DNA from: Octopus bimaculoides
Lineage: Eukaryota
Reading direction: 5' to 3'
Length of the DNA: 64,000 bases
Assembly: GCF_001194135.2 (NCBI RefSeq)
Contig: NC_068990.1
Location: forward strand, 78,570,139-78,634,138
Position numbers and translations under genes: made by a program
Shown here: positions 50,640 through 62,762 of the stretch, piece after piece
Numbering within the stretch: the first letter of the stretch is position 1
Layout of the letters: every line of letters starts with the position of its first letter
Notes under the pieces: generated by a model
What the model saw: only the letters and a program-made list of their open reading frames with translations
Databases searched by the model: none
Told to the model about the DNA's origin: nothing

Positions 50640-52019
50640 GCATACATGCACATACCCACACACACACATACACCACAGACCCAATTTTATATGTCCTGTA
50701 ATGTTGCTGCCAGAATTGGTAGAGCATCAGCAAAACCATTTGATGCCATTGCTTTCAGCCAAGTTCTACTTTATCTTTCATCTTTCTAACATCAACAAAA
50801 CCAGGACTGGAATCTACATAGCTGACTATATTCTAAATAATGGTGCCCTAGCATGGCCAACACCATCTTTCTATTTCCTTTGAAATCAATTCGGATGATT
50901 TGATTAGTGATAAATACATTTGATCAGGAAAGATTAAACAATTGAGACTGTTTATTGTAATTGAGCAGAAGATAAATATACACATACAAATGTATACACT
51001 TGTGCATGTGTGATGAATATGTACAGATACACAGATATATAGAATTGTGTTGGGAGTGTATGGACATGTGTCTACTGTCGTGTGTGTGTGTGTGTGTGCA
51101 TGCATGCGGGTATGTTGTACGTATGTTATACATACAAAATAGATTTCAAGCTTTGATGGATGCAATTTACACTCAATTAGATATAAGTGAAAATTTGAGA
51201 TTATCTCTTTCAGTTAATTAATCTGGCTAATCCTTCAGAAATTACATCAATAAACAACTGTAAAACTATTATCTAAACACCCACACCAATAAAAGTGAGG
51301 AGAAAGCGAAAATGTATACCAAGCAGATGGCATTCATTTAACCCATTGACAAACTATTTGTTCTCTTACACAATGGGTTGTGTGAGTGGGTGGAGGCTTT
51401 GTCGGAATTTAAAATTAAGTTTTTACATTTATCTTTTATTCTTAAATTCCACTTAATTTGTGTCGAAATTCAGGAAGTTTTTAATTCACTCAAAAGACAT
51501 TATTTGTTCATGATTGCTTCTTTGTTTAACATTGGAAAGATGCTGCAACAGTCACTGGTCACGCTGCTACCAGTCGTTGTTGGTACACATCGACTGGAAA
51601 TAATAGCTAACTCGTTTTGATGGCAACGGTAATTTTAACAGTTCTTACAGTAGCAAACGTTATTCAAGGCTGTCACCATTTATGATCTGTGACTCGGTTA
51701 ATTCACAGACAGCACCACTAATTTCAATAGTTCTATAGAAGTCTAGACATTACTCAGCATTGTCAAAGTTTATGGTTTGTGAATTGACATTAAAAGCTGC
51801 ATAAAAGAACTGACCCCTTCCCCCAGCCATTGAACACAACTGTTACTTACAGTGAAGTGTGAAAGAGTTAACTTATTCAGAAAATGATTAACAACACACA
51901 CACACACACACACTCTTTGACACAAGAATAGTGCTTTAGGGACTGATATACTTTGTGCTCTGCTACCCACCACCTTCATCCGACACTCTTTCAATCCTTG
52001 ACCTCCACCCCAAATATTA

Positions 52020-52335
52020 ACACATTGTTCTTTTCACTCCTCCACACCACCAGTCCACTTTTATTCCTCCTCTGGACCTATGTATAAAGAAAGACACTAC
52101 ACTAGAGCACCACTTCCCTCTCACTCCCTCATTCTTCACCAGACCCATCAGTCCACCCCCATTCTATCACGAGGCTGATTATCTAAAAGACTTCATTGGA
52201 TCATCCTCATACCTCTGGAATTCCTTTCTATCACTGCATCACTCTTACCTTCTTTGCCCTTCCCTACAGCCAACCATCACACTTGCCCTCAACGTCAGGG
52301 CCACTTCTACTGCCATCCATTATCTACTTTCCAGC
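52020..52335 (+). mobile_element. Possible highly decayed Penelope-like GIY-YIG remnant
   Basis: ggccacttctactgccatccattatctac resembles HFTC..IIY coding; the pyrimidine bias is similar to 16380-16680. Weak. Confidence 0.18.
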
Positions 52336-52429
52336 TTATTCAATCACTCGAGAGAGCAAGGCAGTTTCTCTGGGACTGGTGACACAAAATGTGTCCAGGG
52401 CCCACTGTGAAGTGGTTGACAAATGAGCA

Positions 52430-52652
52430 GAGAATGCACAGGGTTCTAAGGCCCCTTTAGTGTCCCCAGTATATTGTGTTAAGTGGTTGGTGACAGGAAG
52501 AGCATCCAGCTGTAGAAATCTTGAGTCAAATGACTGATGCATGAAGTAACAGCAGCAAGAGCAGTCAGACGTAACGACTCAGACAGGAACAACCTGTCCA
52601 ATGCATACCAGCATGAAAAGGGGATGTAAAACAATGATGATGATGATGATGA
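52430..52652 (+). mobile_element. Old (GAT)n-tailed retroelement 3' end
   Basis: GGAAGAGCATCCAGCTGTAGAA motif and a CAGCATGAAAAG..(GAT)n end. Confidence 0.65.
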
Positions 52653-54585
52653 TATAAGCATGGCTGCATGGTTAAGACATTTACTTCCCAACCACTTAAC
52701 CAGCAGATTCCGGCTTTAGAGTTGCCAATCATTGCAAGTTCCAATGCACAACATTTTTTTTCAATCAGACTTGCTTTCTGTGATGTGATTCACCTTCCAT
52801 TGTTTCTGAGAGTTAGTTCAGTGCAGGCCAAGGCTAAACTGACATCTTAGAATCTGTTTCCGATATTCTAAAAGGATTCCATGATAAAAGTGAGATTTTT
52901 ATGTTTCATCTTCTTTGCAAGATAGAGATGTTCCGTTAAAAAAAAGGAAAAAAGAAAGACAAAAAAGGCAATGAAAATTTACAAAAGATTTCTCGTAAGA
53001 TTTTTGGGGTTTTTTTGAGAATTTTTCAAGTTGCCAAAATCTTAATAAGAAAATCAACTCAACATCCCTATATATATTGATAAAACCACTAATTAGGGTT
53101 TCTGAAATACAAACTGTAGGTTCCAGTTGTAATAAGAAAAGTAATGATTTCTCAGGTAGCTGTGGGGACTTATTTTTCTGTTGTTAGTAGAATAATCAGG
53201 TGAGTTGATAAGAAAAGCAAGAAAACTGTTAATCTAAAAAGATATTTCTATTTTATTTATTTATTTAATCAATTATTATTGCTTTCTTTTCAAGGTCTTA
53301 ACTGACAACAGATAAACCCAGAAATATACAAAAATGCAGCAATATTTCCAAATTCAAATAATCTCCTGTACAACTGTAGAAAGTATAAACACACAAACAC
53401 ACACAGATACATGTAGACAGAGACACACACACACACACACATGTAGACAAAGGCACAAACCAAGTAGCAAGCATTATGACTGCTCAATCTCATAGAAATA
53501 GTAACCGATGATGATGATCTTTCTCAAAACGTACTCAACACTCTTGAAAAGAGAAGTGCACATGGTATAATGTAGTTGTTGATTTATAACAGAAGGATAG
53601 AATGGAATGGTGAAAACTGGAATGCCATTATTATCCTAGCTCCTCTACTCACAACTTATTTTATAATTTGAGGCCATTAAAACAAGGCTTTTATCAGAAG
53701 AGCTGAGTCTGGTGCGAAAAAGTTAACAAAATTGGAAAAATGTAAGAGTCAACAGCAAGAGGAGGCTGCTTGTGTTTTCTTTGCCTGCAGAGAGAATTTC
53801 TGTTTACGCTAATGTCATTCATAATGCTGTTTTGTAATTTACAATAGAAGGGGGGGGGAGCAGGTCAAAAGAAAGAACAGCCAAGGCACTGCATTGTTCT
53901 GCATCACCACTTCTCCAATGAAATAAAATACCTGGATTATGAATATGAAACATTTACAAGGAATTATCTCTGGATAACTTTTACTTGTGAATATCCAGCA
54001 AGTGTTTGTGATGTTTGGACTGGTGCAGGATGTTCAAGAAATTAGTTGGTTGCTATGGTGAGAAACCCTAGTTTTGGCAGGTTTGATGGATGGACTAACA
54101 AAGTAACTGGAGGAATCCTTTCAGGGAAGAATTGGTTTGCAGGAGAAAAATGTCCAAAATACAATTCAAGTCAAGTTTCTAAGCGGAATCGGAAAGATAA
54201 CTGATTTAGCATTGTTCTACCTAATGCTAAAATGGCTGAGTGTGTGTGTATACACACTTGCCTGTATACAGATGGGGTATATACGAGTGCCATGGGAATG
54301 TATGTATACGTACTGAAAATATATAATGCAAGTGTGTTGAATGCTTCTGGACATGTTTGTGAATGGAAAGTGTGATTGTACACGAGCATTCAGTACATGT
54401 GTTACGGTGTGTGTATATGTATGAACACACACACACACACACGCATTAAAAAGATTGCTGCATGTGGACTTAAGGAAGGGAGGGAAAGAAAAAGGGAAAC
54501 CGACCTAATTAATTCAGAAACTCCATAGCTTGAAGCAGAAATGCATATCAGCTCTAAATGGACAACAGCAGCACACATACACATG

Positions 54586-54633
<48 letters not shown>

Positions 54634-54787
54634 GTGGGGGTTGAAACACAACCATTTTTAAGGAACCTTAATTCCACACTATGCACAGTTTCAAATAGTA
54701 TTTTAAATAAAATATATAAAAATTAGGGTAATGTGACACCCATCCCATACCCCTTGCATATACCCCCACACACACACACAATTAAAT

Positions 54788-54992
54788 ACTTTTATTCTTT
54801 TACTTGTTTCAGTCATTTGACTATGGCCTTGCTGGAGCATCACCTTTAGTTGAGTAAACCAACCTCAAGACTTTGTAAGCCTAGTACTTATTCTATCAGT
54901 CTCTTTTGCCGAACCGCTAAGTTACAGGGTCATAAACACACCAGCATCAATTGTCAAGCGATGTTGGGGGAACAAACACAGACACACAAACA
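54788..54992 (-). mobile_element. SINE family A, 3' half
   Basis: Reverse complement of 24270-24452. Confidence 0.8.
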
Positions 54993-56318
54993 TATACACA
55001 CTTTGATTTAGTTCTGTGGATCCTGATGAAAATGTTTGATTAGTCCCCTTCAGTTGTAGTTTGTGAAACGAAACCTTGATCAACAACAATAATACAAACC
55101 ACAAGAACAATAACAACAACATGACAAGACAAGTGAGAGAGAATTCTAAATGGAAGTCATGACAATAATGTTAGTCTTACTGATGTAAATAAGTATAATT
55201 GTATTTATCTCATTTGGGGAATGTTAGAACCAGTTTCATTCCTACTTGAAGACTCATCAGGGAATGATTAACCAATCAGTTTTGATTTATGTTCAATATG
55301 GATAACTATTAGCTGTTGGGTCGATTTGTGGGCATAAAATATGGTCACTTGTTCTTCGGTGGGTCTCCACATTCATATGAAATTAGGACCAGAATTATTT
55401 TTGCTCAGGGAGAGAGAAAAATATTTGCTTACATAGGTTTGCACTAAATACAGCAAAGCTGCAAAAACTGTCAGTGTTAAAACTCAGATTATCCAATAAA
55501 TGCTGAGTAGAGCATGGTTAATTAACAAGGATATCAATAAAAATAATAATATTAACAACATCCACAACAGTTATAGCAATTAACAGCACAAACAATCAAC
55601 ATCAGTTGGGAAACTTAAAATTAAAAAATATATATATATAAGATAACAAAAATAATAAAATGCAAAGTTTTTCACTTGGCTGAGTACACCAGATTGTGTT
55701 GAAATCATCAACATGGGTTTGATTGGTTTGTGTCAAGCCATAGTTGTGCATTATCAGTGCTGACAAAGTCTAGACACAAACAACAATGACAACACATCAA
55801 TAAATCCATAGACATCGTTCTTACTAATAAAGTCCAACCAAGATTTCTTTGCAGGAATCAAATAAATAAACAACTCGTTGATTTGTTACAGTGGAAACCA
55901 CTGTATAGATTGATTTCTCTCTCTCTCTCTCTCTCTCTGTCCTAATTACTCTATTTTCTCTCTCTCTCTGGTCTAATTATCTATGAAATGAGGGGAAAAA
56001 AATGAAGCTAACATCATCCTCACTCCATCCCCAGCCACATTTATTGATAAACATCACCAGTGAAACTCTGCTCACTACTCAATAACTAAGAAGTGGTCAA
56101 TCTAACCAACAATACCTGAGAGCTCTGACTAATTGCATTTCATGAGAAGGTAATGTTCTCACTATCAACACCAGCTGGACATTTGCCATTAATAAGAAAA
56201 TCAATTATACATTATATCTACATTATATACACATGCATACACTCACTCAAACATGCAGAGACACATGGGTCAGTTAACACAACCGAAATCTATGTTAGTG
56301 TCTGAAATGTCAAGAAAT

Positions 56319-56430
56319 GGGAGATATCTCTGTACTTGATGAAAATATTTTTGTACTTTAAGGAAATATCTCTGTACTTTGGGTAGCTATTTCAGTACTT
56401 TAGGAAGATATCTCAGCACTTTAGCGAGAA
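56319..56430. repeat. Degenerate about 21-bp minisatellite (GGAAATATCTCTGTACTTTA-like), about five copies
   Basis: The atat(c/t)t(c/t)(t/a)gtactt motif recurs about every 21-22 bp. Confidence 0.6.
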
Positions 56431-58130
56431 ACTCATAATAAATCATGTTGAGTCTTGGAAGGGTCATTATGCCAATAACAATAACAACACATACACTGGT
56501 TCAATTTCCTTTCTTTAGTGTTAGTGAATTGGTTAAATATTAAATAGAGAGGCACATGAATGTACACACACAACCACACACACACACATACTCTTTTTTT
56601 TACTCTCACTCTTTCTTTCTCTTGTAAACAACCACACAGGCATTAGACTAACTCTGAGACAGACTCAAAGCAGACCTTGAAGAGAGACAGCAGGTCATTG
56701 ATGAGGCCAAGAATAGTGATGAAAGGAGGACTTTAACAAACAAACATCTGATTTAATCAATACATTAAACAAATGATTGATTAGTTGGGCAATTAGATAT
56801 ATCACTGATTGACTACCAATAAAGAAGTGGTATTGAACCAGTGCATGTCTTTATTATTATTTGTGTAATGACCCTCTCAAGACAAGATTTATTCAACAGA
56901 CAAATTCACATCAAGAATCTTGCAAACCAAACACAAAAACGTCATGAAATATCAATTTAAGCAAAGATTCAGACAGAGATTATTGTCGTTACCAACAATA
57001 ACAGTATCCTATTCTATCCAGCTTTGTTGTTATAATTAGAAATGATGCAACGAGGACCGAAACTTTGGCAATACCAACTTTTAACAAATTGTTAACTCAC
57101 AAATTAACCCTTTCTATGTTTTGTGCCGAGACTAATGAAACAATTCTGGTGAGAGCTGAACTTAGTTTTTAGGCATTTCAGAGCTGAATCACCAATTTCT
57201 TTCTTAAGTTCTTTAGTAAATATCAATGTAGATGTATCAATATGGCTCTTTACATAAACCACACAAGATTGAGTCACAAGAGGAGAAAGTACCACAAATC
57301 GATTTCAACCACATCACAGAAGCAAGCTAATGAGGGGTCACACAACTTGCTAAAAGTAACAAGTAAATCACCCTTAAGTTACACCTTAATGTCTTAAAAA
57401 GGGAAAAACATTGTATACATACACTATGTCAAGAAACATTGGAATGAACAGGGCTAGAACACTTTTGGTCACAGGTTTTCTCAACTGGGGTTAACTTTGA
57501 GTTAAAAAAAACAACATAAGTATGAAAAAAGCAGCTTTAAATTGCTAATGGATATGTTAGCAACACTGAATGTGTGTGTGTGTTTACTTACACCCCTACA
57601 CATTTATTTTTGTGTGTGAGTGATACAGACTCTCTCTCTCTCTCTCTCGTGTGTGTGTGTCTGTGTGTGTGATGCAGGCTCCCTCTCTCGTGTGTGTGTC
57701 TGTGTGTGTGATGCAGGCTCCCTCTCTCGTGTGTGTGTGTGTGTGTGTGTGTGTAAAGTCTTTATTGTTTATCTCTAAAATGTTCACTGATGCATTAAAT
57801 GGACAATCAGTGAACAGGCTGCAGATGTCTGATGTAATGTTTTCAGAGAAAGACATAGCCAAACACCAGTGGTCCAATAAAATCCATGAATGAGAGAGAC
57901 AGGTAATTGAAGCAAAAATTGTGACCTGGGCAACAGGCTGGAAAAAAGCATTAAATATTACAAAGAAAGTTAGCACAGAGTCTTTTTTCAGTTTTTCTAT
58001 TTACTTTGTTTATTAATAGTAAACTGTGACTAACCCAAATATAATAACAAACATTTCTATGTATAATATCAAGTAAAATTGCTTGGTCATAGCAAAGAAA
58101 ATAACAACTTGGAGGTATTTCATTTAAATT

Positions 58131-58325
58131 CATCATCATCATTGTTTAACGTCCACTTTCCATGCTGGCATGGGTCGGACGGTTTGACTGAAAACTGGTA
58201 AGCTGGGGAGCTGCACCAGGTTCCACTCAGATCTGGCAAGGTTTCTATGGCTGGATTCCCTTCCTGATGCCAACCACTCCAAGAGTGTAGTGGGTGCTAT
58301 TTACATGCCACTGGCATCAGCCATG
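58131..58325 (-). mobile_element. RTE-type 3' end
   Basis: (CAT)n TGTTTAACGTCCACTTTCCATGCTGGCATGGG through GTGTAGTGGGTGC. Confidence 0.8.
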
Positions 58326-58840
58326 ACTTCTCTTGGTAAATGTTGAATGTCACAAAATCTTCCCTTTACAAGTTTAAAATCATTTATCAAAGCAAGAAAT
58401 CAATATCATCGATATTGAACAAATTGAAAGTGGTGGTGGTGGTGGCGGTGGTGGTGGCACAGATGGCTGGCTTTAAGTTTCTCTCCAGACCAGAAACATA
58501 TCCAAAACCTACAATCCGGCCACTTAACTTGCTGCTGCTTGGACAGCATTCCCGCCTCCCCACCGTCCAATCATTCTTTACTATGTTTTGCTCTATCCCC
58601 ACCACCCACCCTGCTGTTATTTAATTGTCCTCACCTTTTCTTTGTAAGATATACTTCAACCATTTTCATTTGCTTCCTCTCCTTTTACAAACAACAAACA
58701 CAGTAAAACTGCTGCTGTAAAGAACAACGACACACCTTGCAATCAACGGGACTCCAGAAGAACCCACCTTAAATGGCTGCTTTGCTATTCACCAACCCCA
58801 AAAGGTGTTTTGTGTCTAACAAATAGAAAGCATGGATACT

Positions 58841-59048
58841 GCTTTCAATTTTTGACACAAAACCAGTAATTTAGGGGGTAAAGGGTAAGTTGATTGCATT
58901 AACCTCAGTGCTCAGCTGGGACTTATTTTATTGACCCCAAAAGGATGAAAGGCAAAGCTGACCTCAATGGGATTTGAACTCAGAACATAAAGACAGGTGA
59001 AATTCCGCCAAGCATTTTGCCCAGTGTGCTAACGATCCTGCAAGCTCA
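58841..59048 (-). mobile_element. SINE family B
   Basis: GGATGAAAGGCAAAG..GATTTGAACTCAGAAC..GCTAACGATCCTGC. Confidence 0.8.
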
Positions 59049-59419
59049 TTGTCTGGAGAAAACATGGATATATATTAATTAGTGTAATGAAGGGATTGTT
59101 GGAAATTGATGAAGAAACCATGTGGGGGTAGATTAATGAAGGGCTGTTGTGGGGATTGACTAATTAACTAATTACACTTTTAGAGTATTTAATCTTTCAA
59201 TAATGGAGTTGGACATTGTCTTTTAATAATTTTTCAGTTTGACAAAATAAGTACCAGTAATACAATGAGATGAATTAATTCTGGCTGAGAAAATAATTGG
59301 TCCGTACTTCTTTGAGAAAATTTCTGAATAAATTTTGAATAAAAAGAAAGAAAAGCATTGATAACAAAAAACACATACATAAAAATAGAAACACCTGTTG
59401 AAAAGTATACATGTGTAGA

Positions 59420-59914
59420 GTACAAGCATATATTATTATATATATATATATACACACGTACCTACTTGCATACATATATATACACACACCTACCAATCTG
59501 CATACATATACACACAAACACACCTATATAATATACATACACACACACACAGTTACCTACATGTATAGATACATATACACACCTAGATATAATAAATCCC
59601 TCTACCTACACACACCCACACCTTCCTACTTACCTACATATATACATATACAACCACCCACCGACCTACATTCATCTATGCACACACACCCTCCTAGTTA
59701 CCTACTTATACACACATACACCTTGTATCTACCTAGGAAACACCTCCCTACCTCTCCCCAACCACACACAAGCAGCCAGTTTGTCTTTAACTTTTCAGGT
59801 GACTCACAAGATTTTTTTTACCACAACTGCTCCACTTCTGCCTCCACCCAACCTCTTCCACAACTTGGAGGGGAGGGGGAGGAGAAGAACCAGAACTATT
59901 TACTTACAATACTT

Positions 59915-59954
<40 letters not shown>

Positions 59955-60054
59955 AACACACACTTTATATATATATATGTATGTATGTATTTATGTATGT
60001 ATATCTTTCACACACACTCAATCACTTTCTCACACATATTCTATATTTCTCTTG

Positions 60055-60097
<43 letters not shown>

Positions 60098-60495
60098 ATC
60101 ATTTCATCTTTCTCTCTCTCTCTCTCTCTTCTGGTGTCATTTACAACTGTTATCATGGGTGACCTTGACCATGTCACCACCATCACTACTGCTGTCACTG
60201 CCACCACCACCACAACCACCACCACCACCACCACCACCACCACCAATGGAGAAAGGAATTTTTACATTTAAAGAGAGAGAGTGGGGGTGGGGAAGCAGAA
60301 AAGAAACAGGGTAAAAGGGAGATAAAAAGAAAGAGAGGGTGGGGAGAGCAAATATGAGATAGAAAAAAAGATAGAGTAGAATGGAAGATAGAGAGAGAGA
60401 GAGAGAGAGATAGAGAGAGTATGGAGAATCCTTATCAATAAGTGTAATGAAATAGCTTGTCGCTGATAAAGCAAACACACACACACACACACACT
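59420..60495. repeat. Composite microsatellite block (TA, CA, CATA/CCTA, CT, ACC, GA)
   Basis: Directly visible; explains the 286-aa and 177-aa low-complexity ORFs. Confidence 0.9.
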
Positions 60496-60879
60496 GACTC
60501 GTTAATTGCTTCATAATCCACAATGATCCGTAGAAATGGGACTTCGTTCCAGTTTAAGGCATTGAAAACAGTTACCACAGCACAACAATAAGGATCTGTG
60601 TTTGATGACAGCAGATAAAATTAATTATATTTATCACCCCACACCCCACTATTATCATCCCACTATGGGGTGGGGTGAAGGAACAGAGTGAGACGCATGG
60701 AATTATATTCCTTACCTGGAAAACTCTGAGCTGATATCCAAGGGCTCAACCCTTTCATCTCAAACATTAAGAATCAAGATGGTGGGGGGTGGGGGTATCA
60801 CTGATCAAACAAGATGATGATTGGATGGAAAATGGAGTGAAGGGGTTTGTAAGGATTTCTTCTAGTTTTACACTTTAGT

Positions 60880-61330
60880 CAAGAGGATAGGAGCAGTGTT
60901 GATGACCTTTTAGGGTAGTGACCCCTCTGAAATTGGTCAGTGACATAGTTGATGTTCAGTTTGGGTGTTTTGTAAGTGAACGTATGCAGAGAAAACGTGG
61001 TTGGGAAGAGGATCCCAGAGAAAGGTTTGTGTCTTATGGAATGGGAAGTTGGAAAAGGCTTCTACAAGACACAAGAAGTTTTCTGAAAAACTCTTGTACC
61101 ATATTTAAGGCAGTGTTTGAGGTAAAGCATGAAGGGCAAGATGTAGTCTGTCTGGTGCACATAACCAACAATCTCTTGCAGGCACCAAAACTAGTAAAAG
61201 ATTTTATGTTTGAAGTTGTCCAACTTTTAATCTGGTTACCTTCTATAGTTGTTAGGTTCAGACACCAAACCCCATTATATAACTGGAGCAGCTGAGGACA
61301 CAGTAGTGCTTTGTCCTAGAAACATGCTTT
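60880..61330 (-). mobile_element. Highly decayed CR1/L2-type LINE C-terminal fragment
   Basis: DKALLCPQL..YNGVWCLNLTTIE..KRL resembles YKALVRPQLEY..VW.P...IE..RL, with a later RGH..K motif. Confidence 0.4.
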
Positions 61331-61375
61331 AACTCTAGGGGGTTGCTCATCCAGTATGAGCGACCCCTACATTTA

Positions 61376-61575
61376 AGCTGATAGAATCGTTAGCACACTG
61401 AACAAAATGCTTTGCAGCATCTGTTTTTATGTTTTGAGTTCCAATTCCACCAAAGTTGCCTTTCATGGTTGATAAAATAAAGTACCAATCAAGTACTGCG
61501 GTTGATCTCATCAACTAGACGCCCCCCCCCCTCCCTGCAAAATTTCTGGTCCTGGACTTACAACAGAAAGGAGTA
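61376..61575 (+). mobile_element. SINE family B, decayed
   Basis: AGCTGATAGAATCGTTAGCAC head and family body. Confidence 0.72.
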
Positions 61576-61694
61576 ATTTATAAATTAAATCATTTTATTT
61601 TGACAGACACTAGCAAAGGAGAGAGAGGGGGGAGGGAGGGAGAGAGAGAGGAGGAAGGGGAAGAGTTATGTGAAACTAATTCAGCCACACAACC

Positions 61695-61880
61695 ATTCTA
61701 CTAGAAATAGCAGCAAAATCTCCCTCAAATCACACCATGCTGTCTTATAGAAAAGAAAGAAGGCCCCGGAAAAAGTACTCGTAGAAAAACTATGGTTGAA
61801 CAGAAGCCACAATGGTCACCATGGCCAGAACACCTTTGAACATGGATCTGCTTAATCATAGCTACCAACAACTACAACCT
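61695..61880 (+). mobile_element. Old repeat, family E
   Basis: CTAGAAATAGCAGCAAAATCTCCCTCAAATCACACC; best-preserved copy in the window. Confidence 0.55.
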
Positions 61881-62210
61881 AGTTTAGCTTAGGCTTTAAT
61901 TCATGCACATACATGCGTATGTGTGCAGCTATAATATAATGGAGTTCTTGCTTCACAACAAACATGTAATTATTTCAATCCAAGCATAAGGTTTTATTAC
62001 CATTTTCAATACAATTCATGTCTTCTCTGGTTTTTGTGCAACTTAATAGATTTATACAGGAGAAAGTTCTTCAGTTTGAGAATAAAAAAGATATTTAGAC
62101 AAGTTTATAAATATTAAAGTTAATTTGTTTTAATAAACAGAGTGTTGTTACATCTTCTGAAATTAATTTTGCCCCAACATGTGGTCTAAATACCATTATA
62201 TATAATATGT

Positions 62211-62505
62211 GAGGGTGCATGGCCTAGTGGTTAGGGTGTTGTACTTATGATTGTGAGACTGTGGTTTCAATTCCTGGAATGGGTGATACAGTATGTTCTT
62301 GAGCAAAACACTTCACCTTACACTGCTCTGCTATCACATTGACACCTGATGCATGGTACACCGAGTACCTGTTCAGGTAACATCCATTTGATGGAGGAAG
62401 TGAGCCAACGTACCACCGCTTGATCACCTGACCCCTAGAAACAAATCATTTGAGCAGGTCATTCGGTAAAAAAGCTGAACACTCGTATGTCAGCGTTGAC
62501 GGGGT
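62211..62505 (+). mobile_element. tRNA-derived SINE (head related to family C)
   Basis: A box TGGCCTAGTGG, B-box-like GGTTTCAATTCC, then TTCTTGAGCAAAACACTTCACC. Confidence 0.6.
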
Positions 62506-62762
62506 GGGGGTGGGTCCATCATATATATTTATCATCATCATCATATATATATATATAAAGAATGTCAACTGGTAAAATAAATATATTCATCTCATACCTC
62601 CTCACTTTCCACTCCTCATGAAATAATCTTCACTGATTAGATTTATTGTTTCAGCTTCATAGGACTCTAAATCACACCCCTATGTATTGGTCTACAATGT
62701 GGTTTGAAGCCTGGTCCACTAAAAGAGCTTCTTTGAGATTAGCAATGGATTAGATTAAATTC

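Noticed and set aside
55023-55082. CTGATGA with a downstream GAAAC
   Set aside because: No stem II or stem III can be formed.
59411-60523. 286-aa, 177-aa and other long ORFs
   Set aside because: They are translations of CA/TA/CT/ACC microsatellites (HT, YI, SL, T runs) with no domain signal. The same applies to ORFs at 1352-1777, 5775-6053, 7182-7640 and similar.
60705-60730. Minus-strand ttttccAG|GTAAGG recursive splice site
   Set aside because: The pyrimidine tract is short, and it cannot be told from chance without intronic RNA-seq.
61292-61327. Hammerhead-like CTGAGGA..GAAACATG
   Set aside because: Stem II does not abut GAAA in either register, and the sequence is explained as the antisense of CR1-like coding (KALLCPQL).
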